Assembly (NCBI GenBank): GCA_003427395.1
Contig: BFEA01000011.1
Span: forward strand, 2,494,002 to 2,558,001
Source: Chara braunii
Lineage: Eukaryota > Plantae > Charophyceae
Direction: 5' to 3'
Length of the DNA: 64,000 nucleotides
Part shown: positions 36,930-49,261 of the stretch, in pieces
Numbering within the stretch: position 1 is the first letter of the stretch
How the letters are laid out: each line of letters opens with the position of its first letter
The notes under the pieces: generated by a model
Seen by the model: the letters and a program-made list of their open reading frames with translations, nothing else
What the model was told of the DNA's origin: nothing
The model's database searches: none
Position numbers and translations under genes: made by a program

Positions 36930-39147
36930 CTCCTCCTCCTCCTCCTCTCGTCTTCTTCTTCTTCCCTACTCCTCCTCCTCCACCTACTTATTTTTCTCCC
37001 TCTCCTCCTCCTCGACCTCCTTCATCGTTGTCTTTTTTTTCCTGTCATCCACATACACTACCAGTAGGTCCTCCTCCACCTCCTGCTCCTCCTCCTCCGC
37101 AGCCTCCTTTTGTCTTGTTCTTCTCTCCTCCTCCTCCTCCTCCTTCCGTCTTCTCCTCCTTTCATCTGTTCGCTTTTCAAGTCTCTATCTTCCTCCTCCT
37201 CCTCCCTCTCCTCCTTCCTCTCCTCTCCTCCCCCCCCCCTCTTCTTCTTCGTCACCTCCTCTTGGTCCTCCTCCTCCTGTTATCTTCTTCTTCTCTTCCT
37301 CCTCCTCCTCCTCCTCCTCCTCCTCCTTGTTCTTCCCTCCTCCTGCTCCTCCTCCTTTCGTCTGTTTCGTTTTTCAAGTCTCCTCTCCTCCTCCTCCTTC
37401 CCTCCTCTTCGTCTTGCTCCTCCTCCTCCTCGTCTTTTTCTACCCTCGTCCTCCTCCATATCTTACCGCCCACCATCTCGCGTATCTGGCAGTCATATTG
37501 TACTGCCCGCCATATCGTACTGGGCGCTTTCTCCGGTTCACTTTTTTTTCCCTGCCCATATTGTACCGGCAGACAGCAGCTTCTTCTTCTTCTTCTTCTT
37601 CCCTTCTTCTTCTTCTACTTCTTCTTCTGCTTCTTCTTCTCCTTCTATTTCTCCTTCTTCTTCTTCTTCTTCTCCTTCTATTTCTCCTTCGGATATTTTT
37701 ACTCTCTTTTTTCCCTCACTGTTGGTCCTTGCATCCTCTACTTACACGACACTATGGCGGGCAGTGGTATTGGTGTCGGCGGGGGGAGGGGCGGGTCTGG
37801 AAGGACGAGAGGCAAAACGGCAGCAGACAAACGAAAAGGACATGTTGCAAGCACCTCCACTACACCCTCATCGACAGTGACCTCCAAAGATCCCCATTCT
37901 CCCCCCTCCCCNNNNNNNNNNCCCCCTCCCCCCACCCCCACCCCCCAACCACCCGCCCAACACACGTCTTTCCCAAGTTTCTCTGCGGATTTGGGCTCCT
38001 CTCAGCGAGCACAGTCCAGACCCATCTTCAAAAAAAATAATAAAAAACTTCTTGGACGTTTTTTTGGCTCGTCTGGTTTTGCCGGACGGAACCCCCCCGG
38101 TCCATCTGGACCGGGCGTCGGCCTAACCCAGGTTTTCAGCTGTTTTGAACATAGTGCGAGGATTCGGGTCCCCGGCAGGCCTAAGGGGCCCCTGTTGCAT
38201 CTGTGCCCGCCCTAAGTGAAGGCGGGCCTAACTAATCACGAGAGGCCCTCAGCTGTCAATTTCGTATTTGGGGTCCAGACAGTTGTGATGCACCAGTTGG
38301 TTGAAGGGAAATACAGGCCGAGCAACAAAGACATTCCACGGTTTTCTGGGCCTTTCCAAGAATGCAGGCCCTGGGCGAGAATGGCAGCCTCATACACTGA
38401 CAGTTGGGAGGCCCAACCGAAAGAGGCCCAATAGCTGCAACACAAGCGCAGCATCCTGGGGCCTACCGGGAGCTTCTGGGCCCAGGCCCAGTCCAGCCAA
38501 GCTGCGAAGGCAGGCAGGCTCATTCCATATAGGAAAGATCTCGCCACCGGCAGCCTCATTCAGGCACTCGCATGCTAGCGGCAGCGCTGCTGGAGCGGAC
38601 GCTCACAGGCTGCTGCTGGCGCTGAGAGGCGAGGTGCTAGCGCGTGCGGTCGTGCAGGGAGCAGGGCGCTGCTGAGGGCAGCACCATAGCCCAGCCTCCA
38701 TAGCTGGTTGGGCTTGGACTCAGTGAGGCGCAGGGGTGGTCTTCGGGTGTACAGAGGGAAGACGTGGGTGTAAGACGAGGGAGAGAGAGAAGGATGATGA
38801 TGTGAGGGCACATACCTGGTATTAGCAATGGTCTGCTACGGGCGACATCTTCAAGTACTTCGTTGCAGCAGAGCTTACATCTTTACTCATTTTCCTGCAA
38901 GGGAGAGGGTGGCAAATGCCACCGGTTTGGTTTCCTGTCTTTGTAAGTGTCACATACAAGGTATAAGAATCGATAGCTCCTTCCGAGCATAAGCGACTGG
39001 TCAGGGTGTCATTGTGTGACCAGGATTGTGTCATGGTCCTGATTTCAAGATTCAAAGCGAAGTCTGGAACCAGGGCTAAGTAAGTTTGCTACTGCACAGC
39101 TATTTTTCTCGATTTATGCATTGCATCTTCTTCTTGTTTTCTAGACT

Positions 39148-40527
39148 TGTAAGAGCGCACCAAAACACAGACTGAGAACGCTGCTGATTTCTGAGTTCTG
39201 CCACTGGAATGGATGCCTTGCTGAGATTCCCGCATACTGCTGAGTTTTCTAAGTCTGTGTGTGTGCGTGCTTGATGGTCTGTGTGCCTGTCTGAGTGCTG
39301 GACGGCCTGAGTGTGTGACCCCCAGGGGTACTTGCTTGCTTGAAGGCCCGTAGGGCTGGTACTTACCTGTGGCCATGACATTGAGGGCTGCAGCGGGGGA
39401 AAACACTCGAGTGGCGGGGCACGGGGCCCGCGACACTTAGGGCAGCGGGAAAACACTCAAGTAGCAGGTAGGCCGGTACCACACCAAGTAGCAGTGGATG
39501 TGCCGGGTACTTGAGGCCGAGCAGAAGAAGACAAAGTTGGCATTTTTAGAGGCCCGGTAGCCTTAGGCTACGTCTAGGCGGGTACCAGTCCGACCAGTCT
39601 GAGTCTAGGGCCTGTACGGGCAATATCAGAGTCTGCAATGATGTTTCCCTCCGAAAGGGAGGAGGTACCGGTTGCTTGGGAGGCCGAGCGGCCTGGAAGT
39701 CACCGCCCAAGAGGCAAGTAGGCCGCTATATCTTCGGGCTGAGCCAAGAGCTCAGCATCATTCTTTGGTGTGCAAGTTTGGTGACACACTGCTTGGAGCG
39801 TTGGCTGGAGCAGCGCTGGACACTTTGGCGCTGCTGGCAGGAAGGAGACCGGGAGCTTCCACCTCGGCTTTGGTGGAGCTCTACCGGTAGTAGGAGGAGG
39901 AAGAAGAGGACTGGGGGAGGAGATTGGCGAGGTACCTACCTGGCTATGGTGGACACCATCTTCATCATCTTGATAGGCGCTGCATCTGGAAGGCCCCAGT
40001 TGGGGTAGTGCCGCACCAAGGGAGCTCGAGGAAGAGTCAGGCATGGCAGCTTGATGAGCAGCGACATAGCTGCTTTGGGTTGTCCTTTGGACAGGAGGGC
40101 AGCGACATAGCTGCTTTATGTTGTCCTTTGGACAGGAGGGCCGAGCCCTTAGTAGTCCGCCATAGCCTTGCCCTACACGAAGAGCAAGAGGGAAGGATGG
40201 CCATGGCTATGGTGTACCTCATGTTGAGCCTGGAGTAGAAGAGGGATTCGGACATTGATTCTGGTTCAGCCATTCAACATTATTATTGTTATTTCTTGTT
40301 TGAATAAGAGGATAGGAGATAAGGAGGAGGAGAGCGATTGCAAAGAAGGAGAGCATTATCATTGGTCTATGCTGATGTACATCTTCTTCTTCTTCTTCTT
40401 CTTCTTCTTCTTCTTCTTCTTCTTCTTTCCCTCTCTCTCCTCTGAAGTTCATTCATTTCTTTTTGCAACTGGACGGCATTGTACTTTCTGTTGAATTTGT
40501 ACTTTGAAATTGACCAGGATCATAACA
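39148..40527 (+). mobile_element. Solo LTR in the last intron
   Basis: TGTAAG...ATAACA ends, candidate 4-bp TSD gact, homology to 33100-34149. Confidence 0.7.
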
Positions 40528-41015
40528 GACTTCTTACTTCACCATTCTCTTGTCCCTTTATTTTGTGCTACATATATGCACTTCAAATTTGAGTTTGTGA
40601 CATAAATTGAAGCAGGATCACAGCAACTGCATACACTCACATAACCCCTTTGCCGATGTTCATGACACTATAACCACAGCACACACCAACAGTGACGATC
40701 AAGGACCATCATTGGACATACCTCTACTCTCAAAAAGGGCTCTCTCAACAGAGAAAGAGTTATTCATTGTGAACTGGATGGGGAACTTCTGGTACGACAT
40801 ATGCAATCGCAGCATCCAGAAGAGTCCCATGTGGAGCACATGACAATCTACTGCAAGATTCTCCTCACCGCACTTTCTCGATCTAAATTCTTCTGAGTTG
40901 GAAGGATTCGAAATCTCAAATGCTTTCAGAGCCACTTTGTCATAAAGGCGATTACAATATTTTCAAATACGGAGGTGGAGGGAAGACAATTAGAAGAGCA
41001 GCTCAAGATACCGAC

Positions 41016-41145
41016 CTGCTCATCCATGATCTTACGCCGATGACGCTTCAGAATTGCTACACAAACATAAAGGTGAAAGTGATCGGAGATGTGGCGGCTC
41101 CACAAGACTTCCCACAGACGCAAAACATCGTCATACTCAAACTCC
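41016..41145 (-). CDS. TBC-domain Rab GAP, penultimate exon
   Basis: (R)EFEYDDVLRLWEVLWSRHISDHFHLYVCVAILKRHRRKIMDEQ. cag acceptor and GTCGGT donor. 130 nt (1 nt plus 43 codons), in phase with both neighbouring exons. Confidence 0.93.
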
Positions 41146-41227
41146 CTGCCACATTGTTGAAATATTTGAAGGAATAAAAAGCCACACATGTCACAACAAT
41201 TCCTGCGGAAACCCGTCTTCATCATAA

Positions 41228-41230
<3 letters not shown>

Positions 41231-41284
<54 letters not shown>

Positions 41285-42215
41285 CAAACAGGACCTTACA
41301 ATCCTGGCTCCTTTTCCATTCTGGGGAGCGTCAGTCCGGTTCCTATTCCACCGCCAAGTCTGAATAACATTACAACAGTAACGCACTCACACTTCCTTCC
41401 GTCTGGCCGAAGGACCCCTGAACAGCATTGATTACTCCAACGTAGTGGAGGATTGACTGTCAGCTTGCCCTGCTTTTGTCTTTCCTCTCAGGTCTGTTAG
41501 CTAACCTGCCAGATCTATCGTGAAAAACTAGAAAGAGCTAAGTGGCTACTCAAGCTGACTCTTGTGACCCCTCCTTGAAAACCTGTCCGTATGTCTCAAA
41601 ACCGTCTTGTCTCTCCTTAAATCTGTTTACAAAACGGTCCCAAAACCCTAAACCCTAAACTCTCCTTTTGAAGTTTTGCAAGGAATCCCCCGGACCATCT
41701 TAACTCATCAGCTCATAAGGCCTGCAGTGGGACTTATTCATTTTGTAACTGGAGCACTTGTCTTTTTCACCCCATATCAGAATTTAGCCAGTCTTTCCAT
41801 CGTGTATGGAAGTCAGTCAGCATTGCAGCCTTGCCTCCTGCCATCCATTCTGTGAAGAAATTTTCGTTTAATTCTCCTCTAATATTCTTCATTGTCCGGC
41901 TTGGACTTTCTCGTTTTGTATCATATACCCAGGATCTCTGCTTGACTCAAAGATCTTGCCTCCTCCGTACCTTCTCCCTTGGGGGTGCACGGTCTTCAAA
42001 AGTTCTGCAGCTCGTTTCCTTCCAGATGGACCACAGTCATACCTTTCGCTTTTTGCCTTCCTGGGGTCCCGTGTTCTTCCTCTTCCGTGCGCCTTCCACT
42101 GCCATCTGAAACTGTACTGGGCTGTTAGACGAGGGGGGAAATTGGTGGAGGTATAACGGGGGAAGGAAAGAAGATGTGATAGGATGGAGAGGGTCTGGGG
42201 GGGTGGGTGTCTTGG
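41231..42215 (-). mobile_element. 5'-truncated LINE, recent insertion
   Basis: Pure poly(A) of ~54 nt, conserved 3' tail, 11-bp TSD catcataacaa (41220-41230 and 42216-42226). Confidence 0.88.
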
Positions 42216-42667
42216 CATCATAACAACTTCTAATCAACTAGGGACCTAGGGTATTAAATATCATGGCTCCGCCTCTGCTCAGTGGAAACAATGACCGTCA
42301 AATTGTTCATTGTCATACAGATGTTATTTCTGGCTATTGACACTCGCAACGAGCGAGATTCTCAATGCTCACCGTCGAAACACTTCACAAGCATACACTA
42401 GACACAAGACTCAGATAGCAAGATGGAGGCGACTGTGGAGAGAAGAGGGCGACGAAGGAAGGGGGAGGAATAATAATTGCATTAATAATCAATGATTACA
42501 ATGTCCACCTTCTCACTCTTTAGCAACGTGTCCTTCTCCTACCTCCCTCTTCTCTCGCCCCCAGGTCTCTCCTCGACCAATGCCCAACACTGATTCTGTC
42601 TCGCCACTCACATCACAATGCCGCTCTCTCTTTCTCCAAGCAATCTCCTCTGCCGCATGGCCTTCTC

Positions 42668-43081
42668 TTTTTTTTTTTAGGTTCTCGCTCCTACCATTCT
42701 GGGAGCGACAGTCCGGTTCCTATTCCCCCGGCAAGTCAATATGGAATACATACAAGACTCACGCACGCTCCTCCCCATTATGGCTGAGAGGCCCGAGTGG
42801 GCAGCATTGATTACTTCCCTGAGGAAGGATGTACCACCTCTCACCCCTGCCTAATCTAGCCTGTACTAACTCTGCCTGCCAATCTGTCTGATCCCAGATC
42901 TGCTCCTCTCAGCTATGAAGCTGTCGGTTAGCTATGATTATGCAAGAGCATTCTGGAACACTTATGCGCCTTTTGAAGCCTCTATAACTCTATAACAGCA
43001 TTTGCCTTGTTTCCGTCTAAGCCGTAAACCCTAAACCCTCGGTCTTAATGCTGTCCTGATTTATCTGTTCCAAGACGTCCA
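42668..43081 (-). mobile_element. 5'-truncated LINE (3' UTR only), same family as the 28.3-kb copy
   Basis: Poly(A), 3' UTR homology to 28310-28690, 15-bp TSD ccgcatggccttctc (42653-42667 and 43082-43096). Confidence 0.9.
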
Positions 43082-43493
43082 CCGCATGGCCTTCTCAATG
43101 CATGTGCCAGCTCAAACAAGCCTGGAAACGACAATGTAGCACACCTTCAGCAGGAGAGAAGTAATCGCCATGAGGAGCATCAGTCAGCCAGAAGACACCA
43201 GGTAAGCCAACCTTTCTCTCACAACAGCCTGATCTCACCTTCAACTCTCTATCGTCACACTCTCTCCTACAGCTATCAGGCAGCACCTACCCTACACTAC
43301 AGGCAGCGGCCCCTTGGCTGTGGCTGCCTCTCCTGTTTTTTTGTTTTCTTTTTAAGTTTACGAGCCTCTGCTCGCGACAGACTCCTTTCTGTCCTGAACT
43401 TTCTTTGTAGCCTCTGTCCATCTACCTGTTTCTGTCCTACCATTCTGCTTTCACTACCTGCCTAAGCCCTATTTCTTCTTCTTTTTTTTTTTT

Positions 43494-43542
43494 AAATTTG
43501 GACCATTTCTCGATTTATGCGTGTCATCCTTGCGCAGGGGCC

Positions 43543-43574
<32 letters not shown>

Positions 43575-43592
43575 ACGGATGTCCCAAAGGAC
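43494..43592 (-). pseudogene. U6: U6 snRNA processed retrocopy
   Basis: Essentially full-length plant-type U6 including the ACAGAGA box and AGC triad, followed by an A-tract. 16-bp TSD cctaagccctatttct (43461-43476 and 43595-43610). Confidence 0.95.
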
Positions 43593-46500
43593 AACCTAAG
43601 CCCTATTTCTATAATCCCTTATTTCCACTATTCCTGTTTAAATAAACCCCTCCTCACTCGTTCTTCTTCATTTCCTGCTTAAATAACCCCCCCATATATA
43701 TATATATTTTTTTGGAAACCAACACAGGCCCCTTCTATTCTGGGGGGCAACAGTCCGGTTGCTTATCCCCGGCAAGCGTGTTTGTACAAAAACAATGGGA
43801 GAAAAAGACAGAAAAAGAGGGCAGCCTAACCCTTGTGGCACTAGTCGCCTAAGCAAGGGGGGGCTGCACCGCACTCCCCCAACCAAGCATTGCCCTCCCC
43901 CAGTGGGCTACCCTATTGGCCGGGAGGCTTACTAGCAGCACCCAGCCACGCAGTAGGGTAGTTCACCGCTGGGCAGGACCCGCGGGGGTGGAGGTGGCGG
44001 GGGAGGTCCGGGGTAGTCCCTGAGGCCTGCTTGTCCAATCATCATCTATTTCCTGCCACTCCAGAGCCTACCTAGCTTTATCGCTACTTCAAAGCTTACA
44101 CGGTTTCTGTTTCAACCGCCATGTATCTATCTATACCCACCCTCAAAGTCAAATTTCGTATTCTGCCTTCCACCATTAATTGCCCCAGCATTTGTATGCC
44201 TATCTATATCATCCATCAGAATCACATTGTACATCTGCCATTGATGGCCCCAACATTTCCTATTCCTTTCCCCTATATACCTATCTATAACATCCATCAA
44301 AATTACATTGCGCATCTCCCATCTACTATTTGATAACCCCAACATTTTCCTGTTTCTTCCTCACAAGGCCGTCCATCCTCCCTACCTACTTTTCCCGCCC
44401 CTTACCTATCTAATCACCCACCTTTTGTACCTACCTATCTGTTCTACATCTACCACTCACCAAATCTTTGCTACTATTCCCATCCCGCTTTTCCCATTAT
44501 CCTTCCTATGTTACAGACCGGTTGCTCTCATAATCCTCTATACCCCTCTGTCTACTCATCCTCCTCTTCCCCCTCTCCACCCATCCTTGGCCCTTGTTGC
44601 CTCAGTGCAGGGCCCAGCTGCATTGACCCGTCTGAGGGTGTCGGGTGAGCAGCTGCGGGTAAGGTGCCCATCGTGCCCAAAAACATTCCTCCTGCCTTCC
44701 TTTGCACGTGCTTCGGTACCAGTCCGCCGAAAGGGCAACTCTGATGTTCTCCATTGCCCTTCCTTGGTAGGCCCGCAGTGGCCGCGCAGCTCCCTGCTCC
44801 TCAAAGTCCACAAAACCCACAGCACTGCCACCCTAATGATCTCTAGAGCCATCTGGTCCCGCGGTTGTGACCTGTCCACCTTCATCAGGGCCCCAAGAAG
44901 GATTATTGCATCATCCGCCTTTGTAACTCCCAAGGGGGTTTTGTCCGCCATCTCCTGTGCCCACCACTCCCAAAAGGCTCGGACCAACGGGCATCTCACA
45001 AAGAGATGTGGGATGGTCTCCACCTGGCCACACCCTGCTGAACATTGTTGATCCTTGTGTTGGCTTCTTGCTGCCAGCCATTGTGCTGTAGGAATTGCGA
45101 GGTGGTACAGCTGCCACAACAGGCCCGCCTGTTTTTGGTCTGGCAGCGCAACAAGGGTGGCATTTCGCTCGTTCCATCTACGCTGAGTCCAACCGTTGAC
45201 ATACACATCTGGAAGCCAGTCCCTCTTGGCCAAGCGGTTTTTCAATTCTCCACATATGTCCACCGGGTCCAATAGAGAGTAATAGATGTTCTTCGTAGCG
45301 AGATACTGGAGCTGCACCGCGTTTCTCTGCATCCTACAGGCCGACCATTGCCACTTCCCTGGATCCCACTGCAAGTCCCGCTTTCGCACGGCAACCCAAA
45401 ATGGCAAGTATTGCCCTTTCGTATCCGGGCCTCCTTCACACACCGCCACCGTCTGTATCTTACTTCTTTCCACCATCTTCTGGGGGGGGGGCTTCTTGTG
45501 CAGCACACTGCCAGCGGGGCTCCCCCAGTCCATCGTACCCGGAGGACACCTGCCAGGTGGTCACTTCAAGCTTGTCATCCGGCAGCATCTGCTCGACCCA
45601 ATAAACTTTATCCGGTCTTAAAGTCCCTTTTATCGTCACCCATTCCCCCGGAGATATGTCATCTCTTCTTAACATCTCTATCCACTGGGGGGGAATGACG
45701 TCTCTCAGTTCTCCAAGCCTTTGCCTCTTCCGCATCCGTCCCTGTAGCAATTCCAACACCTCATCTTCAGAGCGCCAATCCCTGCGGTCCTCGTCCCATA
45801 GATGCCCGACTTTGTAGATTTCCCGTTCCGCCCATTTCCACCCAAATTTGCTCCTTGTGCACCATGCCACTGAAAGGGGCTTGCCGGCTTCGTCGCAGAT
45901 GAATCTGTTGTCAAACAACAGTTGATTATATACTGCATCTGCTGTCCCCGGTAGACGACATCTTAACCTCGTCTTCTTCCACAATGCCAGCTTAGTGGAC
46001 CATACCGCGTCCCTGCGGATGCTTTGCGGCTAAGAAGGCACAGATCTACCAGCTCCCTGGGAACTTGAAGTGCATATGCCAGGTGGGTCCTAGTGAGTTC
46101 TTGCCAGGGCCTCCCTACCGTGGCCAACAGATGCCAGATCAATTGACACAACTGCAACGCTATTATCTGCAATCACGGGTCCAATAGACCCAGACCTCCA
46201 AAGCGCGTTGGTTGAACAAGCTTATTCCAGGCCACCCTACATATGGAGTCTTCCGCCCGCGGATCATTCGACCACAGATGCGCATGGATCGCCTTCCTAA
46301 TGTATCTAAAGATACGTTTGCCTGGCATATGCACAGCCCCCGCATACCATAAGGTTGCTATCACTGAGTTCTTGATAACCAGGGCCTTCCTGAAGATGCC
46401 CATGCTCCCCCGTGCACTCCATGCTTTAAGTCTGGCGACGGCCGCCGTTGCGCGAAGTGCCATCTGCTCGATCCAACCGTAGCTTGGTGTCAAATTGGCT

Positions 46501-47271
46501 CCCAGAAAAGCCAAGCGTTCTCCTTCTGTCCCCTTGGGGATATCCCATCCCTCCGGCGGGTCAACCTCTGTCGGAAGGATGGCCTTCGACTTCCGCCAAT
46601 TAACCTGCGCCCCTGAATACTTGCAAAATATTTGCAAATCGTCCTTGAGCACAGCCAACTGCTGGGCTGTCGGAAGGATCACTGCTCCTGAGCCATCCAC
46701 AAATGCAGTGGATTGCAGCTCCATTGACGGTCCCACTTTTAAAGCAATCAGTCTGTCGTCCGCCCTTAAGATATCATGCATGGACTCGATGTAGATAACG
46801 TTTAGGGCCGGAGAAAGCAGGCAACCTTGTCTGACTGACCGGGTAACCTTGCGTTTATCCAACCTGACTCCGTTAACCTGCATCACCGTTGTTACCACCG
46901 TCAACAGGCATCTAACCCAGCCACAAAATATTACTCCTACCCCTCTGTGCGCCATGGCCTGTAACAGGAACTCCCAACGGACCCTGTCATATGCTTTCTC
47001 AAGGTCAATGGAGACGAAAGCCGCTGTGCTGCCTGTGCATCGGTCCTCCTCCAGTACCTGTTGCGCCAATGTAACATTGGACAAAATCTGGCGGCCTGAC
47101 ACAAGCCCAGTCTGAGTGCAATCTAAAAGACGTGGCAGCACTTCCTTCGGGCGGGTTGCCATCACTTTGGCCAATATCTTACATGATGCGTTGAGAACAG
47201 ATATCGGCCTCCAATTTCGTACGTCCTCCTTCGCCCCCGTTTTATAAAGTAGGACTGCATATGCGCTTCAT

Positions 47272-48302
47272 TGTACGCAGTTGTCAGTGTAATCAACTCA
47301 GTCTGTAAGATACTCGCCAGATGTCGAAATACAAGTAACTCAACTCTGAACAATGTCCCCAATAATTACGAATGTGATCTCTGATACAATATCTCATTTC
47401 CAGTAGACGAAGAGAGTGGAGGGGGAATAGACAGAGTAGAAGGTGGAAGAGAAAGCAATCATCAATGACCACACTGAGAGTAGCCCAACATTCCCCACTC
47501 CCTCTCCGGGCTTCCCCTCGCCTCCACGTCAGCAAAACAGTATCCAGTAACGAGCCTGACAAATCCTGATCACATCGAAGTGCCACATGGCACAGTTCTC
47601 TCGTCAAGACGTTGGAGACAATCAACAGCGCACAGTATCAACATCAACCTCAGGTAAGTATCCCGATCCTCCTCAATAATCCACAGATCCCTATCTCCCT
47701 CCTTGTCGCGTCCAGTCACCCAATGTAGACAGCGTGGCCAATGCCACATCTGCGATGAAGACAGGTGGCATGTGCCACATCAGCAGAGGCTGGCGCTCAG
47801 CAGAGAAGGCGCCAGCATGCTGCCTCAGTCCCGCGTCGTCGTCCACAGTGCCAGCGCACAGCCAGTGTCAAGCCAGCGTCCAGCCAGCGTCTAGCTAGCG
47901 TCAAGCCAGCGTCAAGGCAGCATAGCAAGACTGAATGTTGACCCCCTGGAGGCAGGGTCTTATGTAGTGATTGACCGAGTTGACCTGCCTCAGGTCTCCC
48001 ACCCACAGTGGCTCAGATTGACTCACAGCCGAGGGCCTGGATTGCGTACAGTTGCAGACTTTCACTTGGTCCTGATGCTGTCTTGGTACCTGCATACAAA
48101 CAAGTGTGTGCGTCTGACCGGCGGCCTGGGCTGGGTCCGTATTGACTTTGACTGTTGGGCCTCAGGCAGTTGACTGAAGTCAACTGTCGGGCGCTCGGGC
48201 CCTGGCCCTCAGGCCCTGGGCCATTTCGGAGGGGTCTTTTGCCCCTTCGACCTTATGGCCATGGCCAGAAACCGAGGTCGCGGCCTGTGGGCCCCTTAGA
48301 CA
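47272..48302. mobile_element. Solo LTR inserted in LINE ORF2
   Basis: TGTACG...TAGACA ends, near-TSD ttcat/ttcaa; RT-proximal sequence resumes on both sides. Confidence 0.72.
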
Positions 48303-49261
48303 TTCAACGAGGCATAACGAACGGGTATTGCATCAGCAGGATCACAAAGAAATTACGGAACTCCTTGTACATCTCCACCAGCATCCCATCTAGGCCCAGT
48401 GCCTTGAGGCGAGGAAGGTCCGCAATCGCTCTCTCCACTTCCTCTGTCTTAATATCTTCCTCCAGTCCACAAGTACTTGCCAAATCCAATCGATTGCGGA
48501 TACGTCTCCACACCTCATGCTCCGGTTCCTTGACCATGTCCTCCAATGCCCAATGCTCCTCTTCAGTTAGCAGCCGGCGGTAGAAGTCCGTGACACATTT
48601 CAAAATTCCTCCCGTTGTACATTCACTGCGCTGTGTTGGCTGATTGTCATCAAAAGGGGGGTCCATTGCAGTCATCAGCGGTGCCATTTTTCATGTGCCC
48701 ACTGTCACAAAAGATCTCCGTGCCATCCGTTCCCCCACAGCAATCCATGACTCCTTTGTTTGTCTTCCCCATTTGACAGCTTCCTCCCTCTGCCATTCCA
48801 TCCATCCTCAAGCCGCCTCCACCCGCTCGGCCCAACATTCATCCTCTGTTTGGTCTCCCGTCGGGCCGCTATTTAATTCCTCCATTTTTTTGTGTATATT
48901 CTTCTCCCATTCGCTGATGCACCAAGTAGCTGCTCCAGAGTTGTGTTACCAGCCGTTCTCGCAGGTCTTGAATGGCCTTAGCTACATGGCCCTCTTGAGG
49001 ACACTGGTCAATCCAGTCTTCCCAAGACCGGGCCACCTCCGGTTGGAACTCCTTGCTCTTAAGACCCCGGGCCGGGATCGGCTTGGGAGGGTGGCCCATC
49101 TCCAGCTGGCCCACAAGATAGCTTGCTATCACCGACGAGTGATCTGATGTTGTCATTGGAACAACGAGGATTCGTTCTATGGCATCATTGAGCTCGGCCG
49201 ATGCCCATATCATATCGATTCTGGACCTCCTTGTCACAACATTTCCCCAAAACGTGAATTC

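Noticed and set aside
36062-38215. Long ORFs of 250-400 aa
   Set aside because: Products of CT-rich low-complexity sequence and N gaps, and they span an adapter artefact.
35502-38257. hAT-like element with 8-bp TSD tcagctgt
   Set aside because: No terminal inverted repeat found, the motif also occurs at about 38136, and the interior is gapped.
43494-43592. Functional U6 gene
   Set aside because: A-tail and TSD, with no promoter elements recognised upstream, indicate a retrocopy.
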